Origin: a virus
Lineage: Duplodnaviria; Caudoviricetes
Virus record (IMG/VR): IMGVR_UViG_3300049048_000077
Span: 1-56,331 of that record
Direction: 5' to 3' (one strand)
DNA: 56,331 nt
Positions 16,926-24,985 of the stretch are shown in pieces. The notes under the pieces are model-generated. The model had not been told where the DNA came from. It did not search any database and saw only the letters and a program-made list of their open reading frames with translations. Numbering within the stretch: the stretch's first letter is position 1; every line of letters begins with the position of its first letter. The translations under genes and the position numbers were made by a program.

Positions 16926-17683
16926 TGACCTACACCCGCAAAGAAGTGATCGGCAACGCCACGCTGTATCTGGGCGATTGCATGGAAATCCTGCCCGCAC
17001 TGGGCAAGGTGGATGCGGTGATTACCGACCCGCCCTACAGTGCCCGCTGCCACACGGGGCACGATTCCGGCGCCGCCAAGGCAAAGGACGGGGCAATTCG
17101 TTCAGGGTTGGGTTACGGGGCGCTAACCGGCGAGGATGTAGCGCGACTTGCAGAGGCATATGTGGCCTGCTGCGATGGGTGGGTCGTTTGGATGACGGAC
17201 AGCGATCTTGCTCTAGCCGTGCGGACGGCATTGGAAGAACTCGGGCGTTACGCGTTCGCTCCGCTTCCCTTCTACCAAGCTGGTCGTAGCGTTCGTCTGA
17301 GCGGTGACGGCCCTTCCTCCTGGACGGATTGGATCGTGGTGGCCCGTACCAAAGCTCAAATGAAGTGGGGCACCCTGCCGGGTGGGTACATCGCGGGGCC
17401 TGGCTGGAACGACAAGGCCCGCATGGGCGGAAAGCCCACCCTGTTGATGGAGGCCCTTGTCTCCGACTACTCCCGCCCTGGTCAAACAGTGCTGGACACC
17501 CACATGGGCGCCGGGACCACAGGCGTGGCTTGCATGCGGACTGGGCGCAAGTTCATCGGCTGCGAGGTCGACCCGGCTGCCTTTGAGATTGCCTGCCGCC
17601 GCATTGAGCAAGCCCACGCACAGGGTCAGCTATTTGAGCCGCAGCCCCACACCGTAGAGCAACTTGCATTGGGGGAGCTGTGA
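16925..17683 (+). CDS. N6-adenine/N4-cytosine DNA methyltransferase
   Basis: LYLGDC, ITDPPY, KP..LM, VLDTHMGAGTTG. Confidence 0.9.
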   Translation: MTYTRKEVIGNATLYLGDCMEILPALGKVDAVITDPPYSARCHTGHDSGAAKAKDGAIRSGLGYGALTGEDVARLAEAYVACCDGWVVWMTDSDLALAVRTALEELGRYAFAPLPFYQAGRSVRLSGDGPSSWTDWIVVARTKAQMKWGTLPGGYIAGPGWNDKARMGGKPTLLMEALVSDYSRPGQTVLDTHMGAGTTGVACMRTGRKFIGCEVDPAAFEIACRRIEQAHAQGQLFEPQPHTVEQLALGEL

Positions 17684-17865
17684 CATGCAGCGAGTACGAA
17701 CACCAAGCCGCACACCTCACCAACCTAGCCCTGCAACCCGCATGGAAGGCCTACATATGGCAGCGGCTCAACGAGTTGGACCAAGCCCCTCTATTCGAGG
17801 GCATCAAGGCCGATGTGCTCCGGCGCATCGAATTGTTGAAGCAACAGCAACGCAATGGGGGGTAG
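17680..17865 (+). CDS. Hypothetical protein
   Basis: GTGA coupling. Confidence 0.55.
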   Translation: MTCSEYEHQAAHLTNLALQPAWKAYIWQRLNELDQAPLFEGIKADVLRRIELLKQQQRNGG

Positions 17866-17869
17866 GGGC

Positions 17870-18097
17870 ATGACCATCGGCGTATTCATGCCCGAGGGCA
17901 CAGAAGCCCGCATCTGCGTAGAGATCGCAGCCCGCCAGCAAATGGGCATTGCCAAGTACGGCACCACTGTTGCTGAGAACCGCCTGAGCCTGCGCGAGTG
18001 GCTTGTTCACGCAAAGGAAGAAGCGCTAGACCAAGCGATCTATCTGCAGCGAGCAATCGAGGAAATCGACGCGCAAGAGGGGAGGCGCCATGGCTGA
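17870..18097 (+). CDS. Small all-alpha protein, possibly MazG-like NTP pyrophosphatase
   Basis: GIAKYG...EEALD.AIYL. Confidence 0.5.
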   Translation: MTIGVFMPEGTEARICVEIAARQQMGIAKYGTTVAENRLSLREWLVHAKEEALDQAIYLQRAIEEIDAQEGRRHG

Positions 18098-18524
18098 GCG
18101 CATCACCCTCAGCCTGTGGGAGCCAGTACAGGCACACAAGGCGATCATGACCGCCTGGCACCACGCTAAAGGCTGGTTGATGGCTGGCGATCAGCGCCTG
18201 ACCCTGGAGATCCGCCCGGAGAAGCGCAGCGATGCGCAGAACCGCCTTTTGCACGCCTGCCTGTCCGAGATTGCAAAGCAAGTGGAGTGGGCCGGGGCAA
18301 AGCGCGACGTGGACACGTGGAAGCGCCTGCTCACTGCCGCATGGCTGCGCGCACGTGGCGAGCCTATTGAGATGCTGCCAGCGTTGGACGGCAACGGCGT
18401 GGACATCGTTTTTCGCAAGACCAGTCAGCTCAGCAAGGCCGAATGCGCGGAGCTGTCGGAATTCGTCATGGCCTGGGCGGCAGAGCGGGGCATCTACATG
18501 CCTGCGCCGGAGGGGTGGCAATGA
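18090..18524 (+). CDS. ninB: NinB/Orf recombination protein
   Basis: KRSDAQNRLLHA, IAKQVEW, WKRL, TS.L...E..EL.E. Confidence 0.88.
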   Translation: MAERITLSLWEPVQAHKAIMTAWHHAKGWLMAGDQRLTLEIRPEKRSDAQNRLLHACLSEIAKQVEWAGAKRDVDTWKRLLTAAWLRARGEPIEMLPALDGNGVDIVFRKTSQLSKAECAELSEFVMAWAAERGIYMPAPEGWQ

Positions 18525-18715
18525 AGCTAGCCACTCATTTGCGCCTCTGCGCTCTGGTGCTGCTGTGGCTCCTGTTGCCAATCTTTGCCGCTGGCAATTT
18601 TCTGCGCAATGCTTGGGTGTTGAACCGCCAAGCCTTGCGTTGGACCAGAACGTACACCCGCAACCGGTCGGCCGATCTGCGCGCTGCGTGGGTCTTCCTG
18701 CGGAAGGCGCCTTAA
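18521..18715 (+). CDS. Hypothetical membrane peptide
   Basis: MKLATHLRLCALVLLWLLL; coupled. Confidence 0.45.
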   Translation: MKLATHLRLCALVLLWLLLPIFAAGNFLRNAWVLNRQALRWTRTYTRNRSADLRAAWVFLRKAP

Positions 18716-18990
18716 TGCTGGCCTACAAAAACCCAAAGGCCAAACCCTGCGAGGTATGCCCCCGTCTCTTTGTCCCCGAGCGCGAGGACGAGAAGGTCTG
18801 CAGCAACGTATGCGGGCTCAAGAGGGCGCGGCTGTTAATCGCTGCCGTTGTTGCCGCCGCTCTCTCGGGATGTGGCCCTACCTGTGAAGAAATGGGTGGA
18901 AAGCACGTGTTCTCGCACTTCCTCCCCATGGCGACCGGAAAGACGATGCTCATGATTCCACAGTACCGCTGCGTTGGGGCACAGCAATGA
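18715..18990 (+). CDS. Zn-ribbon/lipoprotein-like chimera
   Basis: CEVC..CSNVC followed by hydrophobic stretch and LSGC lipobox. Confidence 0.5.
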   Translation: MLAYKNPKAKPCEVCPRLFVPEREDEKVCSNVCGLKRARLLIAAVVAAALSGCGPTCEEMGGKHVFSHFLPMATGKTMLMIPQYRCVGAQQ

Positions 18991-19559
18991 CTTTCCGCCG
19001 CACACGCTGCCCCCATTGCAAAGGAAAGATGGAGCAGGGCGTCCGCATCCATCCTTACTGCATTGACGCCTATGCGGAAGCCGAAGAAGCCAAGGCAAAG
19101 CGCAAGGCCGAAAAGCAGGCCCGTGCCGCCGCAAAGGTGGAGAAAGCGGAAGATCGCCGCCGCAAAGAGGCCATGAAAAAGGTCTCCGAGCTGGAAGCCG
19201 ACTGCCGCAAGATCGTCCAAGAGATCGCCCGCATCCGTGATCGGAATGACGGCTGCATCTCCTGCCACATGGGGCCGAACTACGACGGGCAATGGCATGG
19301 ATCGCACTACCGGTCGCACGGCGGCTGTTCCTCACTGCAGTTCCATCTTTGGAACATCCACAAGTCCTGTGCCCAGTGCAACACCCACAAGGCCGGAAAC
19401 ATCGCCGAGTACCGCCCGCGGCTTGCTCAAAAGATTGGAGCGGACCGCGTGGAGTGGCTGGATAACCAGCCCAAGTCACAGAAATACAACAGGGAGTACC
19501 TGTACCGCTTCAAGGCGGTCATGGGTAGGCGCCTGCGCCGCATGAGGAAGACGAAATGA
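18987..19559 (+). CDS. ninG: NinG/Rap endonuclease
   Basis: RIRD...CISC, HYRSHG, NIHKSCAQCN..K.GN...YR..L. Confidence 0.88.
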   Translation: MTFRRTRCPHCKGKMEQGVRIHPYCIDAYAEAEEAKAKRKAEKQARAAAKVEKAEDRRRKEAMKKVSELEADCRKIVQEIARIRDRNDGCISCHMGPNYDGQWHGSHYRSHGGCSSLQFHLWNIHKSCAQCNTHKAGNIAEYRPRLAQKIGADRVEWLDNQPKSQKYNREYLYRFKAVMGRRLRRMRKTK

Positions 19560-19579
19560 AAACGCAAGGAGATCAAAGC

Positions 19580-20089
19580 ATGCCCACGAACGATAGCGCC
19601 GCAGACGAAGTCCGTGGGTTGCTCGACTATGACCCCGAAACAGGGATCTTCAAATGGCGCGTTATGCGTGGTGGTGTACCCGCTGGGTCGGTTGCAGGCG
19701 GCACGCATTGCCAGGGCTATGTGGCAATCCAGTTCCGTGGCGCACCGAGACTTGCGCATCGGCTCGCGTGGCTGCACTTCTATGGCGCATGGCCGCAGGG
19801 GCACCTGGACCACATCAACCGCGACAAAAAGGACAACCGCATCACCAACCTGCGGGTGGTAACTCCATCCCAGAACCTGCAAAACACTGGGCTGCAGAAA
19901 AACAGCACCTCAGGGTATCGCGGGGTTAGTTTGAATGTGCCCACCGGGAGATGGAAGGCATACATCAAGGTTGGCGGGCGCCGAAAGCATTTGGGTTACT
20001 TCACCACGCCGCAGGAAGCTTCCGAGGCCTATTTGGCGGCGGCAGCTCAGATGCACAGCCATAACCCTTTCGTGAAGGCAGCGCAATGA
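19580..20089 (+). CDS. HNH-AP2 homing endonuclease
   Basis: YDPETG, AHRLAW, DHINR..DNRI.NLR, NSTSGYRGV. Confidence 0.9.
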   Translation: MPTNDSAADEVRGLLDYDPETGIFKWRVMRGGVPAGSVAGGTHCQGYVAIQFRGAPRLAHRLAWLHFYGAWPQGHLDHINRDKKDNRITNLRVVTPSQNLQNTGLQKNSTSGYRGVSLNVPTGRWKAYIKVGGRRKHLGYFTTPQEASEAYLAAAAQMHSHNPFVKAAQ

Positions 20090-20577
20090 AGAAGCAATGC
20101 AAGCGCAAGCACTGGGCCTTGATTAACCCGATTGAGCACGCGAAGTTTCAAGCGTCCAACCTCTCCGTGGCGGAGTGGAACGAGCAAATGACGCCCCTGA
20201 TCGTGGCCGTTGATGAACTGAGCAAAGGAAATTGGGACCCGCTAGAGGTGTGGAACAAGCTTTTCTTCGCGTTGAACCGCATTGAATCGATGCTGCACAT
20301 CAAGCGGGTGAGCGACGGCGGTTTCATCAACCAGGCGCAGGAGGCATTTGTCTCCGCCCTGGACCGCCAGCAAAAGACCGGCGCGCGAGCATTCAAGGCT
20401 GACGAGCTGGCAACCATCCGCGAGGTGGCGCAGGTTTATGGGGATTTATTGAGGGAGATCACCCACAAGGATTTCAAGGCCGCGTGCGCACACACCGACG
20501 CCAACGTGGCCCGAATCGTCCGGCAGCGCGGGCCTAAGACTGTGGTCAAGGGTGGCTGCATTTTGGAAACCAACTAA
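20086..20577 (+). CDS. Hypothetical nin-region protein
   Basis: ATGA coupling. Confidence 0.7.
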   Translation: MKKQCKRKHWALINPIEHAKFQASNLSVAEWNEQMTPLIVAVDELSKGNWDPLEVWNKLFFALNRIESMLHIKRVSDGGFINQAQEAFVSALDRQQKTGARAFKADELATIREVAQVYGDLLREITHKDFKAACAHTDANVARIVRQRGPKTVVKGGCILETN

Positions 20578-20587
20578 AGGAGCGCCA

Positions 20588-21103
20588 ATGATTCAGAACG
20601 ACGTCCGTACTACCGCTCCGCATGAAGAGAAAGCCACGACGGGGCAGATCATCTGGGAAACCATCATTGGGCTTACGAACGACGAGCGCGACATCACCCG
20701 CCAGGTGCTGCGCGATATCACCGGCCTGTCCTACGACCTGATCGACGATCACATCAAGCGCCTGGAGACCGCGGGCAAGGTGTTCAAAGTGGGCAAAGGG
20801 CTGATCAAAGTTGTGCCTCTTTACCCACCCGAGCGCGCCCAAAGCGTCACGGCGTTGCCGGATGGCCGCGTCAAATTCGAAATTGGCGACGACTACTTGG
20901 TCTTGACGCCGCCTGAGGCCCGGCGCCATGGCTTGTTGTTCACCGGCTTTGCTCGCACATTTGAAGACATCGAGGCAAGCAACAAGGCCCTTATCCGTAC
21001 GATAGAGTTGAACGATCGGATCCGTGAGCTGGAGCGGACCGTCGCGGCGCTGAAGCAGCCGAAGAACGAGGCGCAGCTGGATCTACTCAAGGGTGCGGCG
21101 TGA
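20588..21103 (+). CDS. Winged-HTH protein at the Q position; candidate late activator
   Basis: ITRQVLRDITGLSYDLIDDHIKRL...GKV wHTH; RBS AAAGGAG; last gene of nin region. Confidence 0.6.
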   Translation: MIQNDVRTTAPHEEKATTGQIIWETIIGLTNDERDITRQVLRDITGLSYDLIDDHIKRLETAGKVFKVGKGLIKVVPLYPPERAQSVTALPDGRVKFEIGDDYLVLTPPEARRHGLLFTGFARTFEDIEASNKALIRTIELNDRIRELERTVAALKQPKNEAQLDLLKGAA

Positions 21104-21157
21104 GCACCGAAGAATGGCTTTGATAGCATCTAGCAGAACAAACTGAGGGCATCAACC

Positions 21158-21781
21158 ATGTCGCCGGACCAAATACACGCGATGGCCAAAGGCATCACTG
21201 ACGCAGCTGGAGGGCCGAGTTGGTGGGTTTACGTGTTGCTTATCCTGAGCGCAGTTGTCGCAGCATTCTTTGGCAGCTATCTGGGCGAGAAAGGCAAAAA
21301 CCTCGCCACCAAAGAAGACATCGCGAAGGTCACCGACAAGGTGGAGGGTGTCAAACGGCAGCATGAAGAGATCATTGAACGCCTCAAGCTGAGCCACCAA
21401 TTACAAATCCTCGCTGGCGAGCGACGGTTGCAGGCTCACCAAGAAGCTTTTGTGCTCTGGCGCAAAATTCTCAGGGCGGACCCAACTCACTGGGACGAGT
21501 GCTGGCCAATAGTCCAAGAAAGTCAGAATTGGTGGGAAAGAAACTGTATGTACTTAGGACCCGAAAGCCGCGACGCGATGTTTCGCGCCTACACAAGTCT
21601 TCACATTCAGCGCTATCAGAACCAAAACGACAGGCTAGCTGAACTGTTTGAGGATCGCAAACGACCGGGAGAAGTGCTGTTCAAAGAGGTAGCACTTCCA
21701 CCGCTCACTCCTTCCAATTTGGAGAAGCTCGCGGAAGGCGGATTTGACCAGGATCATCAATACGGTGTCGAGGCGCGCTGA
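21158..21781 (+). CDS. Membrane-anchored hypothetical protein (moron)
   Basis: TM segment then YLGEKGKNLATKEDI motif. Confidence 0.7.
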   Translation: MSPDQIHAMAKGITDAAGGPSWWVYVLLILSAVVAAFFGSYLGEKGKNLATKEDIAKVTDKVEGVKRQHEEIIERLKLSHQLQILAGERRLQAHQEAFVLWRKILRADPTHWDECWPIVQESQNWWERNCMYLGPESRDAMFRAYTSLHIQRYQNQNDRLAELFEDRKRPGEVLFKEVALPPLTPSNLEKLAEGGFDQDHQYGVEAR

Positions 21782-21869
21782 CATCAGGACAGTACTTAGA
21801 TCCGAGCAAAAGGACTACAGCCGCAAGCAGTCCTCAAGACGAAAGTTGGTCCATCCATAGGAGACCAAC

Positions 21870-22412
21870 ATGCGTAAAACTACCCTCGCACTACTCTTCG
21901 GCGCCGCCACCGCCGCTTCAGCCGCATCCGCACAAACCGTCGGCGCTCCCCGCCAAGTCGTCCCAGGTGTTCCACCGCCTACGACAACTTTCACAGAGCC
22001 GTCGACCACTCCAAGCCAGACGGCCACGGTACCAACTTCGCAGACGCCCGCGGAAACGCACGCTGCGCCACCAGTAGCCCCGCCCACAGCCACTCAGGCG
22101 CCTGCAGCAGTCGGGGCGCCGCGGGTCTCGCCCAATGTGCAAACCGGCGTCTCAGCCGGGGCCCGCGGCAGCCAAGGTGTGGGTATGCCTGCCCAGCCCG
22201 CAGCCCAGCAACCCATTACCGCTCAGCCGAGCGTGATTCCGTCACAGATTGGCGCGCAGCCCGTCGCACCCGGTGCGCCCAGTTCCACCGGAGCGACACC
22301 AACTACGGGGTCTAGCGGAAGCTCCATCGCTCCGACCGCCCCAGGGGCCGCGCCCACCTCAGGCGCTACACCTGCGAACCCAAACGGCGGAGTTCACCAA
22401 ATCAAGCGTTAA
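21870..22412 (+). CDS. Secreted Pro/Thr/Ala-rich low-complexity protein
   Basis: RBS AGGAG, signal peptide, disordered PTA-rich body. Confidence 0.65.
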   Translation: MRKTTLALLFGAATAASAASAQTVGAPRQVVPGVPPPTTTFTEPSTTPSQTATVPTSQTPAETHAAPPVAPPTATQAPAAVGAPRVSPNVQTGVSAGARGSQGVGMPAQPAAQQPITAQPSVIPSQIGAQPVAPGAPSSTGATPTTGSSGSSIAPTAPGAAPTSGATPANPNGGVHQIKR

Positions 22413-22644
22413 GAGCTCGCAGGGCACTAGTGGCCTCTCCAGTAGGGGTGAGGCCGATGATGACCACGCAAATTGGAGTTCCGTATGTCGCAGGTGATTT
22501 ACTGCGACTGGAGATTCGGGGTCGCTGAATCAATCCTTGTTTGTGCGCGTCGATGATCGATGGCAAGAGGGTCGGGTCCTCTGCCATCTCCTCGCAGCCA
22601 TAACTGCGTTTGCCGTTGATGAGGTTTCGAACGATTCGGTTCAT
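22402..22644 (-). CDS. Small hypothetical (wHTH-like GLTPTG)
   Basis: RBS CAGGAG; antisense to neighbours. Confidence 0.5.
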   Translation of the reverse strand: MNRIVRNLINGKRSYGCEEMAEDPTLLPSIIDAHKQGLIQRPRISSRSKSPATYGTPICVVIIGLTPTGEATSALRALNA

Positions 22645-22740
22645 TACTACTCCTGGCTCGCCAGACAACCCGGCGATCAGCTCTAGTTTCGTCAAAAGGT
22701 CCGAAACGCGACTGCGGCCCAATTTCGCACCTTTCATTCC

Positions 22741-22788
22741 CCCCCAGTGGGGGTCGCACCAAAACTTTCGCCCCGGAACACTCGGGGA
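22741..22788 (+). promoter_or_regulatory. Late promoter motif copy 1
   Basis: CCCCCAGTGGGGGTCGC-N17-GGAACACT, ATG 6 nt later. Confidence 0.75.
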
Positions 22789-23505
22789 ATGGTCAAACCC
22801 ACCGCGCAAGACAAAGCGCCACCCACCGCAACAATGCCTGCAGCCAAGAAGAAGGCTGCAAAATCAGCCGCGCCTGCAAAGCGCCGCACCGACTGGGAAG
22901 CGGTTGAAAGGGACTACCGCACAGGGAAATTCACCCTTCGTGAGCTGGAAGAGAAGCATGGTGCATTCAACAGCTCGATTGCACGCAAAGCGAAGAAAGA
23001 CGGCTGGACCCAAGACCTTTCCCGCGCCATTCAGCAGGCGACCAACGCAAAGCTGGCCGAGTCGCTGGTTAGCGAGCTTGCTAGCGAAGGTGCGCAAAAC
23101 GCTAGCGCCACAGTGCTTGCTGCTGCGGAGGTCAATAAACAGGTGATTTTGGGGCATCGAAAGGACGTCACAGCCACCAGGAACGTCGCCGCCGCCCTTT
23201 TGGAAGAGCTGAGCCGGTCAGCACTGCTAGCAGAGGAGCAGGAATTGCTAACCCAGGTGTTAGCAGGAAGCGGCGCAGAGCCTGCTGATGAAGCGCGGAT
23301 TCGGGCGGTGGTGCAGAAGGCGCTATCGCTGCCGAGCCGGGTGGGCAGCGTGAAGCAACTCGCAGACACCTTCGACAAGCTGCAGCTGGCAGAACGCCGG
23401 GCTTTTGGGTTGGACGACAAGACCGACAGACCAGAGAGCAGCCTGGCCGAGATGGCAACTGATGAACTCAAGCGCATGCGTGAGGAGCTGCGCAATGGGG
23501 GCTAG
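22789..23505 (+). CDS. terS: Terminase small subunit
   Basis: DWEAVERDYRTG..TLREL HTH, KK.GW; directly upstream of TerL. Confidence 0.8.
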   Translation: MVKPTAQDKAPPTATMPAAKKKAAKSAAPAKRRTDWEAVERDYRTGKFTLRELEEKHGAFNSSIARKAKKDGWTQDLSRAIQQATNAKLAESLVSELASEGAQNASATVLAAAEVNKQVILGHRKDVTATRNVAAALLEELSRSALLAEEQELLTQVLAGSGAEPADEARIRAVVQKALSLPSRVGSVKQLADTFDKLQLAERRAFGLDDKTDRPESSLAEMATDELKRMREELRNGG

Positions 23506-24223
23506 CCTCGACCCAATGCTGCGCGAGGCCATGCTTGCAGAGATCGACCGCGAGCTATCCCGCCGCAAGATCGACGAGATGTACCCCGAGACGGGGCAGC
23601 TGCGCCGTGAGCTTTACCCCAAGCACATGGAGTTCTTCAAGGCTGGCGCTGGCTACCGTGAGCGGTGCGCAATGGCTGCCAACCGTGTCGGGAAAACGGA
23701 AGGCATGGGCGGCTATGAGACAGCGCTGCACCTGACTGGGCGCTACCCGAATTGGTGGACAGGTCGCAGGTTCGAGCACCCTGTGCAGTTCTGGGCGGCT
23801 GGCAAGACCAACGAAACGACCCGCGACATCGTGCAGCGAAAGCTGTTTGGCCCAGTGCGTGGTGCTGGCCCAGAAAAGCACTTCGACGGCACAGGCCTGA
23901 TCTATGGCGACTCCATCGGCAAGATTGCATGGAAGCAGGGTGTATCCGATCTGGCCGACACTGTGCTGATTCAGCACGTTTCTGGCGGGTGGTCAGAACT
24001 TGGGCTCAAGTCCTACCAACAGGGGCGCGGGAGTTTTGAGGGCACCGAGCGGCACGGCATATGGCTTGACGAAGAGCCACCGCTGGAAATCTACAGCGAA
24101 TGCCTGATCCGCACGGCAACCACTGACGGCATCGTTTACATCACCTTCACCCCCTTGGAAGGCACCACCGGGACGGTGATGATGTTCCTGCAACCGGACA
24201 TTGGCCAAAAGGCGGTGCACTGA
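23495..24223 (+). CDS. terL: Terminase large subunit, N-terminal ATPase part (P22-like)
   Basis: YPKH..F, Walker A AANRVGKT, Walker B WLDEEPP, TFTP. Confidence 0.9.
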   Translation: MGASLDPMLREAMLAEIDRELSRRKIDEMYPETGQLRRELYPKHMEFFKAGAGYRERCAMAANRVGKTEGMGGYETALHLTGRYPNWWTGRRFEHPVQFWAAGKTNETTRDIVQRKLFGPVRGAGPEKHFDGTGLIYGDSIGKIAWKQGVSDLADTVLIQHVSGGWSELGLKSYQQGRGSFEGTERHGIWLDEEPPLEIYSECLIRTATTDGIVYITFTPLEGTTGTVMMFLQPDIGQKAVH

Positions 24224-24984
24224 TGCCCGCAGTAACCGCCACCCGCTATCTGGTTACCGCAGGCTGGAACGACGTTCCACACCTGGACGAAAAGACAAAG
24301 CGCGAACTTTGGGATAGTTCGCCGCCGCACGAACGCGAAGCTCGGGCCAAGGGTATTCCATCGCTAGGGAGCGGGCGGATTTTCCCTGTGGAGGAAGACG
24401 CTATCAAGGTGACGCCGTTCGCCATGCCTGCGCATTGGCCGCGCATCAACGGCATTGACTTTGGCTGGGATCACCCCACGGCTGCAGTTCAACTAGCGTG
24501 GGACCGTGATGCTGATTGCATCTATGTGCACAAGGCGCACCGGATGCGCGAGGCAACACCTGTGATGCACGCGGCCACGATCAAGCCTTGGGGTGAGTGG
24601 GTGCCTACCGCCTGGCCGCATGACGGGTTGCAGCACGACAAGGGCAGCGGCGAGCAACTGGCAAAACAGTATGCGTCGGCTGGATTGCTGATGCTCAGGG
24701 ACCGTGCCACCTTCGAGGATGGGTCCAACGGCGTCGAGGCCGGGTTGATGGAAATGCTCGAAAGGATGCAGACCGGGCGATTCAAGGTCTTCTCAAACCT
24801 GGATGAATGGTTTGGCGAGTTTCGCTTGTACCACCGCAAAGACGGCAAGGTTGTGAAGGTGATGGACGACCTGCTGTCCGCCACCCGCTACGCCGTGATG
24901 ATGAAACGCAAGGCCAAGGTTCGCCCTGTGCAGACCGCTTCGCCTGCTGGCTGGGCTCCTTTGGACAGAGAAGTAGGGTACTGA
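24223..24984 (+). CDS. terL: Terminase large subunit, C-terminal part with nuclease domain
   Basis: HEREARAKGIP.LGSGRIF, GIDFGWDHP, DDLLSATRY. Confidence 0.9.
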   Translation: MPAVTATRYLVTAGWNDVPHLDEKTKRELWDSSPPHEREARAKGIPSLGSGRIFPVEEDAIKVTPFAMPAHWPRINGIDFGWDHPTAAVQLAWDRDADCIYVHKAHRMREATPVMHAATIKPWGEWVPTAWPHDGLQHDKGSGEQLAKQYASAGLLMLRDRATFEDGSNGVEAGLMEMLERMQTGRFKVFSNLDEWFGEFRLYHRKDGKVVKVMDDLLSATRYAVMMKRKAKVRPVQTASPAGWAPLDREVGY

Positions 24985-24985
24985 A

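Noticed and set aside
22437-22452. Seventh late-promoter copy (CTCCAGTAGGGGTG)
   Set aside because: Lacks GGAAMACT at the fixed spacing and lies inside an ORF
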